64,000 bases of DNA from Phoronis australis (GCA_002633005.1 NMRA01000869.1:48815-112814); one strand, 5' to 3'; counted from the first letter of the stretch, positions 1 through 13,030 are shown. Notes: generated by a model from the sequence alone, not told the origin. Made by a program: numbers and translations.

Positions 1-721
1 TCTGATACAATTTTAGGCCCCCCCCCCTTAATCCGTTGTCATGAAAATACAACCTGGCTGGCCCATTCTCCGGTCGTTACTATGATGCTTGACAACTGAC
101 CGAGACGCGACAAAATATGATCTAACTTTTCGAAAACATTTATTTATTTATTTATTTTGCTTCGTCGGCGTATGGCAACGACCCAACGCTTCCGAATCTA
201 AACGTCTTTAGAGATTGTGAAGCGTGTCCCGGTATTTTTTCTAGCCGTTCGGGGAACAACGCGGACTGAAACACAGACTCCAATGCCGATAAGCTAACCG
301 AGCTATCGTAGCGAGCCTCGTTTTGGAACGCGCCTCCTGTCGGCGTGAATAGGGTCTATAGGCAAACTTCCTGAAGACATCCTATTGTTGCTAGGCAACA
401 GTGAATAACACTGTCAGAAGTGTAGCTCAGTACACAGGGACCTTTAAATGAGAAGTCTCTATATAAAGACACACTTAAGCATCAAACAACCAACTAATAA
501 CCTCTGCAATGTCAGTGTACTGACTACAGTAAAATCATCAAAGGTATCTGAGTTAAAACACAAGTCAGTGGTTGATAAGGTGATACCATTGGAATAAGTG
601 TTGTAACATCAACCCCAGCTTTAAGACTATTTTCACATCATTAATACACGTGTCAAGTACAGACAGGATTTTGTGGCAACCCTCTTCAAAATGCGTAAGT
701 CCCAGCTACCTCTGAACAATG

Positions 722-2230
722 TTTTTTATAATCTTTATTACGAAATCTCCGATACAATGAATATACATGACACAGAAAGCGCCAAGAGGCATTATATCTG
801 GGTTTAAAAAGTACAAAGAAATCTATATACAATTACTTTACACAAATACATAAAGAAAGAAATCTGTATACAATTATTTTACACAAATACATAATTTAAA
901 ACAAAAAAATGTTAAGATTACAATGACATGTGATCACGAAAGTAAATAAATCATTTTCATACAAATTTATCAGTACAATTCTATCCACTCACACAAAGAA
1001 ATTTAATATTATAAAGACATTTTGATGTAACTATTTCGAATAAAGCCTTATTTTCATTTGGGTTGACTTCTTGACTTCCATATAGAAAACAAGAGCAACG
1101 CGGAGCGTTGAAATGCGCCCACAATTGCACCGTATACGGTATCCTTCTAGAGTTGTTTATTGGTACCATAAAGTGGCCAGTAGATGGCATATATGTAGTA
1201 TGTTGTACTTTGCAAAATGGAAAGGCATGGTCATTATCTCCTCAATAGGATAGGGGCAAAATGTTTGGTTGATAGAGGGATGGAATCCAAAAAACAGACT
1301 CAAAAACAGTAAAAATGGCCACTGGGTGTCGCAAACTAGGTCGAATCCATCCGAAAACGGGAGGATAGCGTCATCGCACTAATAGGTGCCTACATACCAA
1401 ATTTCATGAAAATCCGTTCAGGACTTTTGAAGATACAAAGGTAAACGTAAAAAAATAAAATTGCCACTCTGGGGCACACTGGTAGGCGGATCCGTCCAAG
1501 TCGCCATCGTCTGTTGTTAACATCATATACATACACTTATTAAATTTCATAAAGATCCTGCGAATGGTTTAGGAGATACAGCCATAGGCGAAAAAAAACA
1601 CAAAACTGTCACTAGGAGGCGCCACAGTAGTCCAAATCGTTTGAAAATCATTGTCAGCTGTCCTCTTTATAGTAAGCACATACATGCCAATTTTCACAAT
1701 CATCCTTTGAGCGGTTTGGTTGATAGAGGGGTGGACGCAAAAATACAGACTCGAAAACAATAAAAATGGCCACTAGGTGGCGAAAACTATGCCGAATCCA
1801 TCTGAAAATGGAATAATAGCATCATCTCACTAATACGTGCCTACATACCAAATTTCATGAAAATCCGTTCAGGACTTTTGAAGATACAAAGGTAAGCGTA
1901 AAAAACTAAAATTGCCACTAGGGGGCACACCGGTAGTCGGATCGCGCATGCCGTCTCATTCATGAATGGAACATATGTGCCACATTTCATGAACGTATGT
2001 CAAAGGGTTTTGGAAATAAAGAAGCGGACGCCGCCCGGACGGACGGACGGAGATGACGGCATAATGCGTCCACATATAAATATGTGGGCGCATAAAAATC
2101 AATTTTGTTGTACACTTGCGGAGTTTCAGAATATTTTTTATGAATATTGGGGTTTTGTTGGAGTGTCTGGAAAAGCTGTACCCTCTGCTCCTTGCATATC
2201 TCACAAGATGAAAAATGTTTTTATGACGTC
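722..2230 (-). mobile_element. 3' end of a CR1-like non-LTR retrotransposon, split by a HINE insertion (1089-2098)
   Basis: Removing 1089-2098 restores one frame KHFSSCEICKEQRVQLFQTLQQNPNIHKKYSETPQVYNKIDF|LYGSQEVNPNENKALFEIV, resembling the HF..C....QR..L...LLYG......N..IF C-terminus of invertebrate CR1-type ORF2; followed by a 3' UTR ending AATAAA-GATTAT-A-run at ~722-740. Confidence 0.65.
1089..2098 (-). mobile_element. Helentron-associated non-autonomous element (HINE/DINE-1-like), copy 1
   Basis: Minus strand: T-run, subTIR ATGCGCCC, hairpin ATGCGCCCACATA..TATGTGGACGCAT, (GTCC)n microsatellite, ~145-bp internal tandem units, then GGGCGCAT subTIR, stem-loop CAACGC-TCC-GCGTTG and CTCTTGT end followed by T-run; no TSD. 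Confidence 0.8.
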
Positions 2231-2548
2231 ATTATTATGGGTTTCAATTCAAACTTCAATATCCTCACGATGGACCTCCATGCCAAAGATTGTCGTCTGC
2301 AAACATAAAAATTAAGCACGCTGTGGAAAGCCCATTTCCCATAGAAAAACACAACCACCAAATCCTTCCAGGATATCATCTACCTTACACATATACATCA
2401 AGGCAACTATGACCAACCAGACAACCAAAAGTCTGTTACACATAGTTGCAAGTTCGGTCCTCACTGCTGTCATTACTTGGGTACAGATATAACACTGATA
2501 ACGAACAGAGCTTGGGATAAATAATATCCCATTACAAGATTTGGTAGT

Positions 2549-2899
2549 TCGGACCCTTCAGCTGGAATCATGGGGAAGGACCCTTGAGCTGGGATCATGA
2601 TGATGGACCCTTCAGTTGGGATCATGGTGATGGACCCTTCAGCTGGGATTATGGTGACAGACCCTTCAGCTGGGATCATGGTGATGNATGGTGATGGATC
2701 CTTCAGCTGGGATCATGGTGATGGATCCTTCAGCTGGGATCATGGTGATCGATCCTTCAGCTGGGATCATGGTGATGGATCCTTCAGCTGGGATCATGGT
2801 GATGGATTCTTCAGCTGGAACAAGGTGATGGATTTTTCAGCTGGGATCATTATGATAGACCCTTCAGCTGGGATCATAGTGATGGACCCTTCAGCTGGT
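2549..2899. repeat. 27-bp minisatellite (GGATCCTTCAGCTGGGATCATGGTGAT) just downstream of the FBXL6 stop
   Basis: About 13 diverged units visible; 9-aa periodicity in ORF track; single n at 2687. Confidence 0.95.
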
Positions 2900-2931
2900 G
2901 TGAATCATTAATTCGAATCATGGTGGATCTA

Positions 2932-3070
2932 TCAGCTGATGACTTCTGCCAAATTTTCACGAAGACGTTTAAGGTCATCCCCGCAGTAGAGACTCTTCAT
3001 ACCTCGCGGCAATCCACGACATGAAGACAGATCCAGACGATTAAGTCTGCTACACGTGACCAACAGACGT
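2932..3070 (-). CDS. FBXL6: FBXL6 last coding exon
   Basis: ttccag acceptor; RLLVTCSRLNRLDLSSCRGLPRGMKSLYCGDDLKRLRENLAEVIS*, matches the FBXL6 C-terminal L.L.SCR.LPRG.K motif; phase fits upstream exon. Confidence 0.85.
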
Positions 3071-3642
3071 CTGGAAATAAATGTGAAATGTGAATTTTGA
3101 CTACTCTATTTGAGAAGCTGTATCAAATATAAGTGACAAATATAATGAAAAGTGCTTCTAAAACATGACTTAACTCAACAAATCATATAGACCACGAGTC
3201 CCAGTCTTGAAAAGTCTAATGTTCTTGCAGCACGACCTTTCAATGTCCGAATAGAAACCATACCATGAATTTTTGTGAATTTGACACTGAAAAATATAGT
3301 AAATGTTACGCAACAAACAAGTCAGCCGTTTGATAATAGTGATCGAATTTCACAATAATATTCTATAAAAAACAGGGATTTCTCAATCAGTTTTACCTTT
3401 AATCCTGATCACTTTACAAAGGAAACATTACGTTCAACATGAGACGTGTCACAGATTCATATTTTCTGATCACGTTTGCCTTAACGGAATCAAAATGACC
3501 CCAGCAGGTGAAGACATTAAACAACTTGGTATTTCAAGTCTCAATCTTTTCAAAATTATTCATTGGACAACTTTCGAAGGATACATTTAATCAAGTCTGA
3601 CCATGTGTCATTTACACAAAAACGTATTTACAAAATCATCAC

Positions 3643-3794
3643 CTGACTCCGTCTTCTATAATGGCCGTCCCACACAAGTTTAACGTAGTCAGCTGACTGT
3701 CATGTGACTTGCACAGTTCATCAACAACCTTTATCATATCTTGTTCAGAGCTTGTGTTCCAGCCAAGGTCAAGTTCTGCTATGCTCTCTCTCCA
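3643..3794 (-). CDS. FBXL6: FBXL6 LRR exon
   Basis: AG/GT bounded, 152 nt; WRESIAELDLGWNTSSEQDMIKVVDELCKSHDSQLTTLNLCGTAIIEDGV. Confidence 0.85.
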
Positions 3795-5192
3795 CTGAAG
3801 CAGATTTGGAACATGGACTGAACTTGGGAAAATTAGACATCAACTATGCTACATCTCATTAAATTGCGAATATGCAAATGAAGTACTAGTTAACAAACAA
3901 GCATGGGTCTTCCGTCCGGTGTGCTGGAAACCATCAGAAAACCAGTTACCATTACAATTACAATCTCGTGAAAGTCTCGGTTTTGGGAAACTGTTATCAC
4001 ATAACTGAGTATGGTAATATGTAATCGTTACCCTAATAAAACATGGCACGGTTTTTATTTGCTCATTTCACAATCATATAATGAAGGCGTAATATTTGGA
4101 ATTCCTAGTGTTTTCTATATGTTTACACTTCTTTTTGTGTGCATCAGTCTTGGCGTTTTCTCTAAAGCCATATTTTATTGACAAATTATTGCTTTTCTGG
4201 ATTATACGGTCTAGTACAATTCTCCAGGAAGTCACAAGGTGGCGCTTGCTACAAATTTAAATATTCATGGTTTTATGAGACATAGCATCTTTAACTAATG
4301 TTTAAACATACAAAAACGATGGCTACTGTCAGCATTGATATTAGTGAGTGAGAACCCCTTTTGGTGGCCTGAAAAACAACTTCAAGCAACACTACTTATT
4401 TCACAAGGTAATAACTAAAGATGGAGCAGGTAAGTAGAAATTCTCAACAAAAATTGGCAATCAGAACAAGCTAGTAAAAAATTTTGAATGCTTTACATAG
4501 CTGTACATTTTTGTTCAGATTATCATAATAGTCTTAAATAGTACACATTTTTGAAAATTCAAGAATCAACAGTGTGGCAATCAAATGACACAAATTGTTG
4601 TCAGAGCCAAGTGAAATCAATTCTAGTGAATCCCATTAACATTTACTAATTGTACACAATAGCACAATGGTCTGTGTAGAATTCTAGGATTGCAGAGAAT
4701 GTACTCATGGTCAGTGACAACTTGACACATCTCAAAATGTCATAGAGAACTCACAACTGTCAAAAGCTTTTTCAGTACGTTTTGCATGACTAAGTAGTTC
4801 ACACTCAATTTGCTGTTAGTCACAACATATTTAATCTCAGTGATAACGATGAATTCCATATTTTACGCTTTGTTAAAAGAGGAACCATCACTTTGTGCAA
4901 AAGCAAATCCAACAGAACACTAACAGCTTACTTGACTCAGCAAATTTCTCACACATCATCATAGAATTCTCAAAATGTCACAGAACTTTAGGCAAAACAA
5001 GTTCTGTCACAGAATGTCATCATGCCAAAGAGAGTGTTACTGAGCCTAGCTTTGCTGGGGCAAACAAGTTTTAGTCTTGTTTGAAGTTTGAAATTGGAAC
5101 CAGACCTGATTATTGCTGCAATAGGGACCTTTATTCATGACTTGTGAAAAACAAACTGAATTAAAGTTTATGTGAATAAACATTGACATTAC

Positions 5193-5361
5193 CTTTGCAA
5201 GCACTTGGGCCAGGTCACCTATTCTCAAGTAGCCAGGAGAGCAGTGACTCAGATAAAGTCGTTGCAGGTGAGAGACTGGTACTCTGGACAAGCCAAGGGC
5301 GGAAAAGTTACGGCAGCACCTGGCTTCCAACAGTGAGAGCTTGGTGGAGGTCTTGAGTAAC
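5193..5361 (-). CDS. FBXL6: FBXL6 LRR exon
   Basis: AG/GT bounded, 169 nt; LLKTSTKLSLLEARCCRNFSALGLSRVPVSHLQRLYLSHCSPGYLRIGDLAQVLAK. Confidence 0.85.
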
Positions 5362-5730
5362 CTAAGAGGAGAAATGGACACCCTTGTTTGTAGTTAGCTT
5401 ACACTGTTGTACACTATGTGTCACTGCAGTAGATGACTGCGGCAGTGTAGAGTCAGGAGAAGTAAAAAATGTTGAATCATGGTGACAAATCTTCAATTCA
5501 CAATGTTAGTAGTTAGTAAACACCGGTGTACACTAGGTGCACAAAGTCATGAGAGATGAAAACTGTTGAATCTTAATTGGGGGACGTCATCAATGAATTC
5601 AGAATGCTCGAAAGAAATGAGCAGAGATTTAGTAAACAAGTTTAATATCATTTGATTTGACAAAATAAAAGCAATCAAACGCATTCATGACAAATGCTGT
5701 ACAACTACAGACGTGTGCACAATAAGAGCA

Positions 5731-6050
5731 AACTCATTGTTAACAAACTGTTGTCATTCAAAGGCTAAAGAGGTTCAATTTTAATGGCGTGTTCACTTTC
5801 TACAGACCACAGTATAGCACTGCAAATAAACGTTTTTGTTTAAATGTAGACAGTGCTATTACTGACAGTTATCTCCTCAGTCTGATACCAAACTCATTGT
5901 TAACAAACTGTTGTCATTCAAAGGCTAAACAGGTTCAATTTTAATGGTGGGTTCACTTTCTACAGACCACAGTATAGCACTGCAAATAAACGTTTTTGTT
6001 TAAATGTAGACAGTGCTATTACTGCCAGTTATCTCCTCTGTCTAATACCA
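5731..6050. repeat. ~158-bp direct tandem duplication in FBXL6 intron
   Basis: AAACTCATTGTTAACAAACTG...ATACC repeated at ~5731 and ~5890 with few mismatches. Confidence 0.9.
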
Positions 6051-6866
6051 AACAAAGCAAGCCAGTCACAAAAGCCCACAAGTTATGATAAGTTGCTATA
6101 CGTGTACATATCCAAACCTCTAACAGGCTCCGGTATTAACAAAATTTCGGTCAATAAGCACACTTCAGTCTGGAATCAAAACCGACTCCGCGAGATAATT
6201 CTGAAGAGGTGGATTTGAAAACGAAGTACAGTGTATCAAAACTTCACCACAGTGGGAGCACATAATAACTTCGATGCCATCAGAGGTACATGGGCAGGAC
6301 TTATTGTGCTTGCTAACAGAGGGTGGTGAGTGGTAAATATCTGTTACCATTTTGTTCTAGTATTCACCATCTTGAGTTTAAGTATGCTATATGGATTTGT
6401 TACATTACATCACTGTTACCATTTTTTTCCACAACTCACCAATGTGATAATCATTGAACACCAAAGCTGATGGGAGCGTCAATTTTCAACTTGGTGGTTA
6501 ACCACAGTTAACATCAAAGCTTTGATAGTAAGGGAGTTAACTGCATGGAAAGTAACTTAAGAAACATTCATTCAATATTGTCAGTTGGGAAATGAGTCTT
6601 ATCGTCATGATTAAAATTAAAATAAGAAAGTCCCATTTTTAAGACCGCCACAAAAACGAACATGTGAACTACCCGTAGCTACTGCATCATCAAATGTGAA
6701 ACTTGCTAAACAAACAAAATAAATATACCGTGCTCAAGATATTTAAATTACCCCACACTAGAGATCAACATACAGTTTGGTCAGAGAATTTCATTTTAAG
6801 CATTTGGTGGCGTTATCATATGAAAAAGTAAAGATTATGGAAATTTTGGTAAAAAAGTGAAGATAC

Positions 6867-6961
6867 CTGTAGAGAACGTCATCAGTAACACAGGAGGTGC
6901 GTATTGATGGGTTTATACCTATGCACAGCTGCTTCAGGTGAACAAATCCAGGTGAGTTCGT
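6867..6961 (-). CDS. FBXL6: FBXL6 exon
   Basis: AG/GT bounded, 95 nt; TNSPGFVHLKQLCIGINPSIRTSCVTDDVLY (cf. FBXL6 PGF..L..LC....V...VL.R). Confidence 0.85.
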
Positions 6962-7013
6962 CTGAAACACATCACAATGACACTCTACAGCATTCAGAGC
7001 AAGTGAACTGTAA

Positions 7014-7395
7014 CTTGGTGTAGACAGGTTCTGCAGTCTAATAAGGGAACCATACCTTGGTGTAGAGATGTTCTAGAGTCTATTTATTGAATTATACCTT
7101 GGTGTAGAGAGGTTCTATAGTCTATTTATTGAATTATACCTTGGTGTAGAGAGGTTCTACAGTCTATTTATTGAATTATACCTTGGTGTAGAGAGGTTCT
7201 ACAGCATATTTATTGAATTATACCTTGGTGTAGAGAGGTTCTACAGTCTATTTATTGAATAATACCTTGGTGTATGATTGCTCTTCAGTCTAGTTAGTGC
7301 ACAATACCTTGGTGTAGGGATGTTATCAAATCTAGACAGTAAACTATACATTGGTTTAGAGACATTCTATAGTCCAGTTAGTGAACTATACTGCA
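7014..7395. repeat. 42-bp minisatellite (CCTTGGTGTAGAGAGGTTCTACAGTCTATTTATTGAATTATA)
   Basis: About 9 units, homogeneous centre, degenerate edges. Confidence 0.95.
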
Positions 7396-8108
7396 GACAA
7401 GAAGAACATAGAGTTCCTCATCAGTAAAGCAAATTTACAACCACTAAAATCAGACACAAACTAAAGACATCAAAGAAAACTATGAAATGTCAAATTTGAG
7501 AAACCTAATGTATTTTTGGGCCTCAGGCTTCCCTCAATGGTTTGAAAAGTTTACTATTCGCAGAACGTTGGTCACAACTGGAATTTACAAAAATAGGCTC
7601 ACCCAAAAGTACATCCTTGTGCATATTTTCAGAAAGTACACGCATGTTTTGAAAATCTTATGATGGATAGTTCTTCAGTACATAGCAATGTAATATGTTC
7701 TGATGTAAAATTATGTTCACTTTGACAAGACATACTTTGGGACGGCACTTTCATTCAAATGATTTTCATTCAATGAGATACTAGGTGACCTTGACCTTAT
7801 TAACACAGTATGAAGTACAGTGTTACAACACAATGTGTTTGCTGAACAGGAAACAAGAATGGTCGAATGAATTTCTCACTGATAAGAAACAGCGACATGT
7901 ATGAAAAACTAAAGGATGTTTACTTTACACTGCATTATGAAATGTTAAACAGTTTCCAAAAAAAACAGATATATATTCGGCTATATATATACTTGGGGTC
8001 TTTAAATGGTCGTTTTCCAACAATCTGGCCATGTGCCTATTTTTTAATTTCCGATACAGAGGATCATCAAGCATCATCAAATTCTGAAGTGAGATACTTT
8101 CAACTTAC

Positions 8109-8267
8109 CACCTGTGCGACAGTGGCTGAAGATGGGCGGAATGGCGTACAGGTAAGGTTCAAAGTCTCCAATAGAGGGCAGCCCTGCTGCAGTCGTTCAA
8201 TGTCCAAGATCATGCAGTCTTTGAGGGAGCCAGATATGTCAAGAGCTTTCAAGTTCCGGCAGTTAGT
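8109..8267 (-). CDS. FBXL6: FBXL6 LRR exon
   Basis: AG/GTAAGT bounded, 159 nt; TNCRNLKALDISGSLKDCMILDIERLQQGCPLLETLNLTCTPFRPSSATVAQV (cf. E.LQ.GCP.L motif). Confidence 0.88.
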
Positions 8268-10118
8268 CTGAAACCAGCCAAATGTTCAGAATAGAGTTTC
8301 AAACAAGAAATAAAGTCACTAGTGGACTAATGATTTTCATCATGACAGGGCATGGGTTTAAACACTAAAGTGGACAACTGTCGGTCAACAATTATCACAT
8401 GGCAACTTAAAGCATAGAAAATATCACTACAGTATGCATTACTAGACTAAACCGGCAGCACAATGTGTCATTCTAAATTCAAATACCGTATTTGTCCAGA
8501 TTGCCGCCCAGGGTGCATAAATTCGGAATCTAAAGAACAGGGGTGGGCGATAAGCGGAGCATGGCCAGTTAAAATCAAAACTTTTGAGCTGGGATTGGGT
8601 GCTTACTGCACAATGGAACGATTTTACCCTCTCGGGGCTACACTGAGGTCGGACTTGAAGCATACCAGTTAACATATTGAAGTACTGGAATTCAACGGTC
8701 TGAAGTGGAATAGCGCACATGACCAGTGGCACTTTGATCCTTAACGTGATTGAGTTTTTACTGTGCTCGTCATCTCTTAGAATCAAGGTATTCCTACAGG
8801 TAGGCGTGTGTTCAGTAGGGCAAGTTTCTTGAGAGAACAGTATGATCACGCAAGACTGCACTAGTTAAATATGCATGTTTAAGAAAAGCACAGGATTTCA
8901 TAAAGATTTGCTTCCTGCGAGAATTTGGTACTTGTACAAAGCAAGTACTCAACAATCCGATGATACAACTATTAGGCAATAGGGGTCCACGGTCGACTGG
9001 AAAAATAACGAAGCAAAAACACATCATGTAAAGTCATCAGGTAAATCGAGAGTTAAAAACAGTCACGTTTTTGATCATATGAATGCAGACAGAATGGTCG
9101 TCTTGAGCTTAGTGACAAGTTGACTTCCTGCGCTGTTGCTTTTGACTGGGCACTTCCATTTTGGTGTCAGGAGTGCAAGTCATTAAAACATGCATTAAAC
9201 CAAGACAGGGAACAGTGAGACCAGTTGCTTGTTACGATGGTTCGTGTCTGCTTGTACTCAAAACAATGCCACAGTTTCGCCTTTTACTGTGCTGTACGTA
9301 GTTACCATCACTATAGATGTGACTAGGTACAATGTGTCGGTGAAGTGCCGAAGTGCGACATTGAACCTGACAATACAATTATTCCTAAGCGGCTTCCATC
9401 CAAAATAACCTCAGTGAAGTTTCCAGTATCGTTGGTCATGCAACAGCCGAGCGTCCCCTTGGTTGTTCTTATTTCATTGCTCATGGCTGTGACCTTTCTT
9501 GTAATGTCAGGGGAAGTCACAAAATTATAGGCCGCGGACTTAAAATTCCTGTCAAGTACCACTTTGCTGGTTCTTCCACAGCAATGAAATAAATTTGTCT
9601 CAGTAATCACTCCATGCTGACACAAGTTCAGAGAGAGAGCCAAAGGAAACAATTGTGTCGCCTTCAGCAAAGAGCATGAGAATGTAAGTATTTTAAAACC
9701 TTTAGCAAAGCAAGCTCCCGGTTCCACAAAAACTGACTGACAGTCACCACAAGGTAAGTGAGTTGTGCACGTTTTGCACTCATGGATTTGTGCTACAAGC
9801 GTTCACAAAAGCAGACACTTTAATGAAGTCTTGATCAGGAAAAATCGGGGGTGGGCAATAAGCCGAGCAAGGCATACAAAAATAAAAAATTGAGAATTTT
9901 GGGGGTGGGTGGTAAGTTGAGCAAGGGCGGTAAACTGGATGAGTACAGTAAGCTTCAGTGCACCAACATTCTGCAATATTTAATGTCAAAGCAGTAATCG
10001 CTGAGACTCAGACAACTAAATTTTGCTCAAACTGCTTTCAATTAATATAATTGATGAAATCATAAAATTCGCTTTCAGGCTCTTAAAATAAAACGAGACA
10101 TCTTGACTCTCAACTCAC

Positions 10119-10244
10119 CATTAACGATGTAAGCACTGATGAGCTGAGTGACATCACGGCATTGCGAGAAATGTCAAAATGGGTCAGACGTTCACCCATA
10201 CTGTCAATGACAAACCTCAGGCACTTGGTGGACATGACATCACC
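10119..10244 (-). CDS. FBXL6: FBXL6 LRR exon
   Basis: attcag / gtgagt bounded, 126 nt, phase 0-0; GDVMSTKCLRFVIDSMGERLTHFDISRNAVMSLSSSVLTSLM. Confidence 0.75.
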
Positions 10245-10469
10245 CTGAATTTCGTAGAAACAAACGTTCATAGAAACTGACTTATGCATATACATAGGCA
10301 ATACACTTTGCCAAGTTAACCATTTAACAGGAAGAAAGATGCATACACACAACAATATAATTAGTCAGAACATTTCATGTTCATGGATGTCTTGTTTTCT
10401 TCCACACACCCAAAATACATCAAAATACCACTACTTTTACTAAGTGTTAGTGTTTCAGAATTCACCTTG

Positions 10470-10882
10470 GACACAGCTCCACCTGGGGAGAGAACGGACC
10501 CAGGTATCAAAGAGTTACTGGCAGAGTACTGATTAATGTTACATCAACACAGCTCCACCTGGTGAGAGAACGAACCTAGGTAATACATCAACACAGTTCC
10601 ACCTGTTGAAAGAGTTGAAGAGTTCCTGTCAGAGTGCTGTGTTCAATGTTACATCGACACAGATCTGCCAGGTAATAGAATGGACCTAAGTATCAAAGAG
10701 TTACTGGCAGAGTACTGTTTAATGTTACATAAGACAGCTCCACCTGGTGAGAGAACGAACCTAGTTATCATAGAGTTACTGGCAGAGTACTGTTTAATGA
10801 TACATCAACACAGCTCCACCTGGTGAGAGAATGAACCTAGGTATCACAGAGTTACTGTCAGAGTACAGTTAATGTTACATCC
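10470..10882. repeat. ~76-bp diverged tandem repeat
   Basis: CAGCTCCACCTGGTGAGAGAACG...GAGTTACTGGCAGAGTACT...AATGTTACAT recurs 5-6 times. Confidence 0.9.
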
Positions 10883-11242
10883 ACTCCGAAACAACTGAGG
10901 GCTGTTCCAGCAAAATCTGTGTAAATCCAGAATGTAAAGCAATATTTCATAATCGGTAGACATATGTTGGCTGGTCAATACAGAGTGCACAACATTATTT
11001 TATTTTCACATTATATAGTACATGTATATTGTAAGATGGTAACCAATAGCTACATGTATTTGTATTAAAAGAAGCAGTTACTAGTTAAGCCCTAGTGACG
11101 TTACCCACTGTGAATAAATAACCCGACACAATATGGAGGGAACTTAGCTACATGACTGACTGAATCGAGTGCAATTCAGGTGTTACCCCTCCAACTGAAA
11201 GCAACACATGAGAGTTTAAAAAGGACTCGGCATGTGCAAGCT

Positions 11243-11800
11243 ATGTTTCACTTGATGGGTGCGTTTCACTGGGCAGAAGGTGTGTTTCACTGGGCAGAAG
11301 GTGCATATCATTTGGCAGATAGTGTGTTTCACTGGGCAGAAGGTGCGTTTCATTTTGCAGGAGGACTGTTTCACTGGGCAGAAGGTGTGTTTCACTGGAC
11401 AGAAGGTGTTTCACTGGGCAGTAGGTGTATTTCACTGGGCAGGTGTGCTTCATTTAGCACAAGGTGTGCTTCAATAGGCAGGTGTGTTTCACTGGGCAGA
11501 AGGTGTTTCACTGGACAGATAGTGTGCTTCATTTGGCACAAGGTGTGCTTCACTGGGCAGAAGGGGTGTTTAACTAAGCAGAAGGTGTGCTTCACTGGGC
11601 AGAAGGTGCGTTTCACTAAGCAGGTGTGTTTCACTGGGCAGAAGGTGTGTTTCATCAGGAAGATGATGTGTTTCACTGGGCACAAGGGGTGTTTCATTTG
11701 GCAGAATGTGTGTTTCACTTGACAGAAGATGCGTTTCACTTTGCAGAAGATGTATTACAGTTGGCAGGTGTTTCATTTGGCAGAAGGTGATGTTCACTTA
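11243..11800. repeat. ~21-bp minisatellite (TTTCACTGGGCAGAAGGTGTG)
   Basis: More than 20 diverged units; explains the repetitive ORFs at 11180-11797. Confidence 0.95.
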
Positions 11801-12689
11801 GCATGAGGCATGCTTCTCACAGCACATGTGTAACACATCACGGAGTAGAGTGCAAAACCCCAAAGACTATCACTGTAATCAAAAACACCCTCTTCTACCA
11901 GTGCACATGTACTTCATTACTACTGAAGCTGAACACATTCAGGTAACTCTCAAGGTATAACCAACTGTCAGTACAGTACAGTACACTACAATATAGTTTT
12001 CAAAATAAACTGGACAGTGGCAATATTCAGCAAAGTTTCGATGTATAAACAGCAACCAAATAGCCAGGTCGCCAATACAACCTCATATCGTGTTTGGCGA
12101 AATAGGAAAAATCTTAAGTCACCACTCTTACAATAATTACCCCAAAGCTCTATCGACTTCCACTCTTTAAATTACTAACACCTTTCCAAGATTCACTTCC
12201 TTTGTTTCAAAGTGTTGTACCGATTATTTCATGAGTGAATTTTCCACCACAGAAGATAGTACACGCCAAACAAGCACTTATGTAACAACATGCAGTGAAC
12301 AGATGGAAGTCAGATTTGTTCAGCAAAAATCAGGCAATATCAGTGCAGTAGGCGCCAGCACTGTATGGGATCATCTGCGTTGAACTTCTATGTTTGTTTG
12401 TTGGTGGGAGGAATGGGGAATAAATTGGAGAGGTACCTGTAAAACACAGAGAATGGGGCACAAGACAACTGAACGTACAAACTGTGTACAGTTGATGATA
12501 AAAATGCTGGATCAGCAACCTCAGAATATCATTTGGCGACCTCAGATTTCGTTTGGAGACATGGCTTTTTTGTCAAGTCACCAAATGTGACTTGGCGTTA
12601 ACCTAACCATCGAGCTCTGTACTTTGTTGAAGTAGGAATAACTTATAAATGAAGTCTATTCACTGAGTAGGTGGTATAACATCATCCTC

Positions 12690-13030
12690 AGGTTTTGGTA
12701 TTTATAGTGATTTAGATAACTTATCAAGGAAGTCTATTAACAGACTGGTCTAGGTGCAATGACATCATAACCAGGTTTTGGTATTTATAGTGAGTTAGAT
12801 AACTTATCAAGTAAGTCTATTAACAGACTGGTCTAGGTGCAATGACATCATAACCAGTTTTGGTATTTATAGTGAGTTAGACAACTTATCAAGGAAGTCT
12901 ATTAACAGACTGGTCTAGGTCTAATGACATCATAACCAGGTTTTGATACTCTAATATCGTGAGTTAGACAACTTACCGAGGAAGTTAATTCAAAGACTAG
13001 GTGTGATAACACCATCCCCAGGTTTTGATA
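12690..13030. repeat. ~83-bp tandem repeat
   Basis: GGTTTTGGTATTTATAGTGAGTTAGATAACTTATCAAG...GACATCATAACC about 4 times. Confidence 0.9.

Noticed and set aside
7014-7395. CRISPR-like regular repeats (also 42436-43167, 2549-2899)
   Set aside because: Head-to-tail units without unique spacers; eukaryotic context; no cas genes.
9323-9727. 134-aa minus-strand ORF as an FBXL6 exon
   Set aside because: Flanking exons 10119 and 8267 already join in phase and match the orthologue order; no convincing LRR motif.
10465-10916. Tandem-repeat region as the missing FBXL6 exon
   Set aside because: An acceptor exists at ~10917 but the required frame hits TGA after ~24 codons and lacks F-box similarity.
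11180-11797. Repetitive ORFs (CFTGQKV / FHWAEG)
   Set aside because: Translations of a 21-bp minisatellite with frame-shifting unit lengths.
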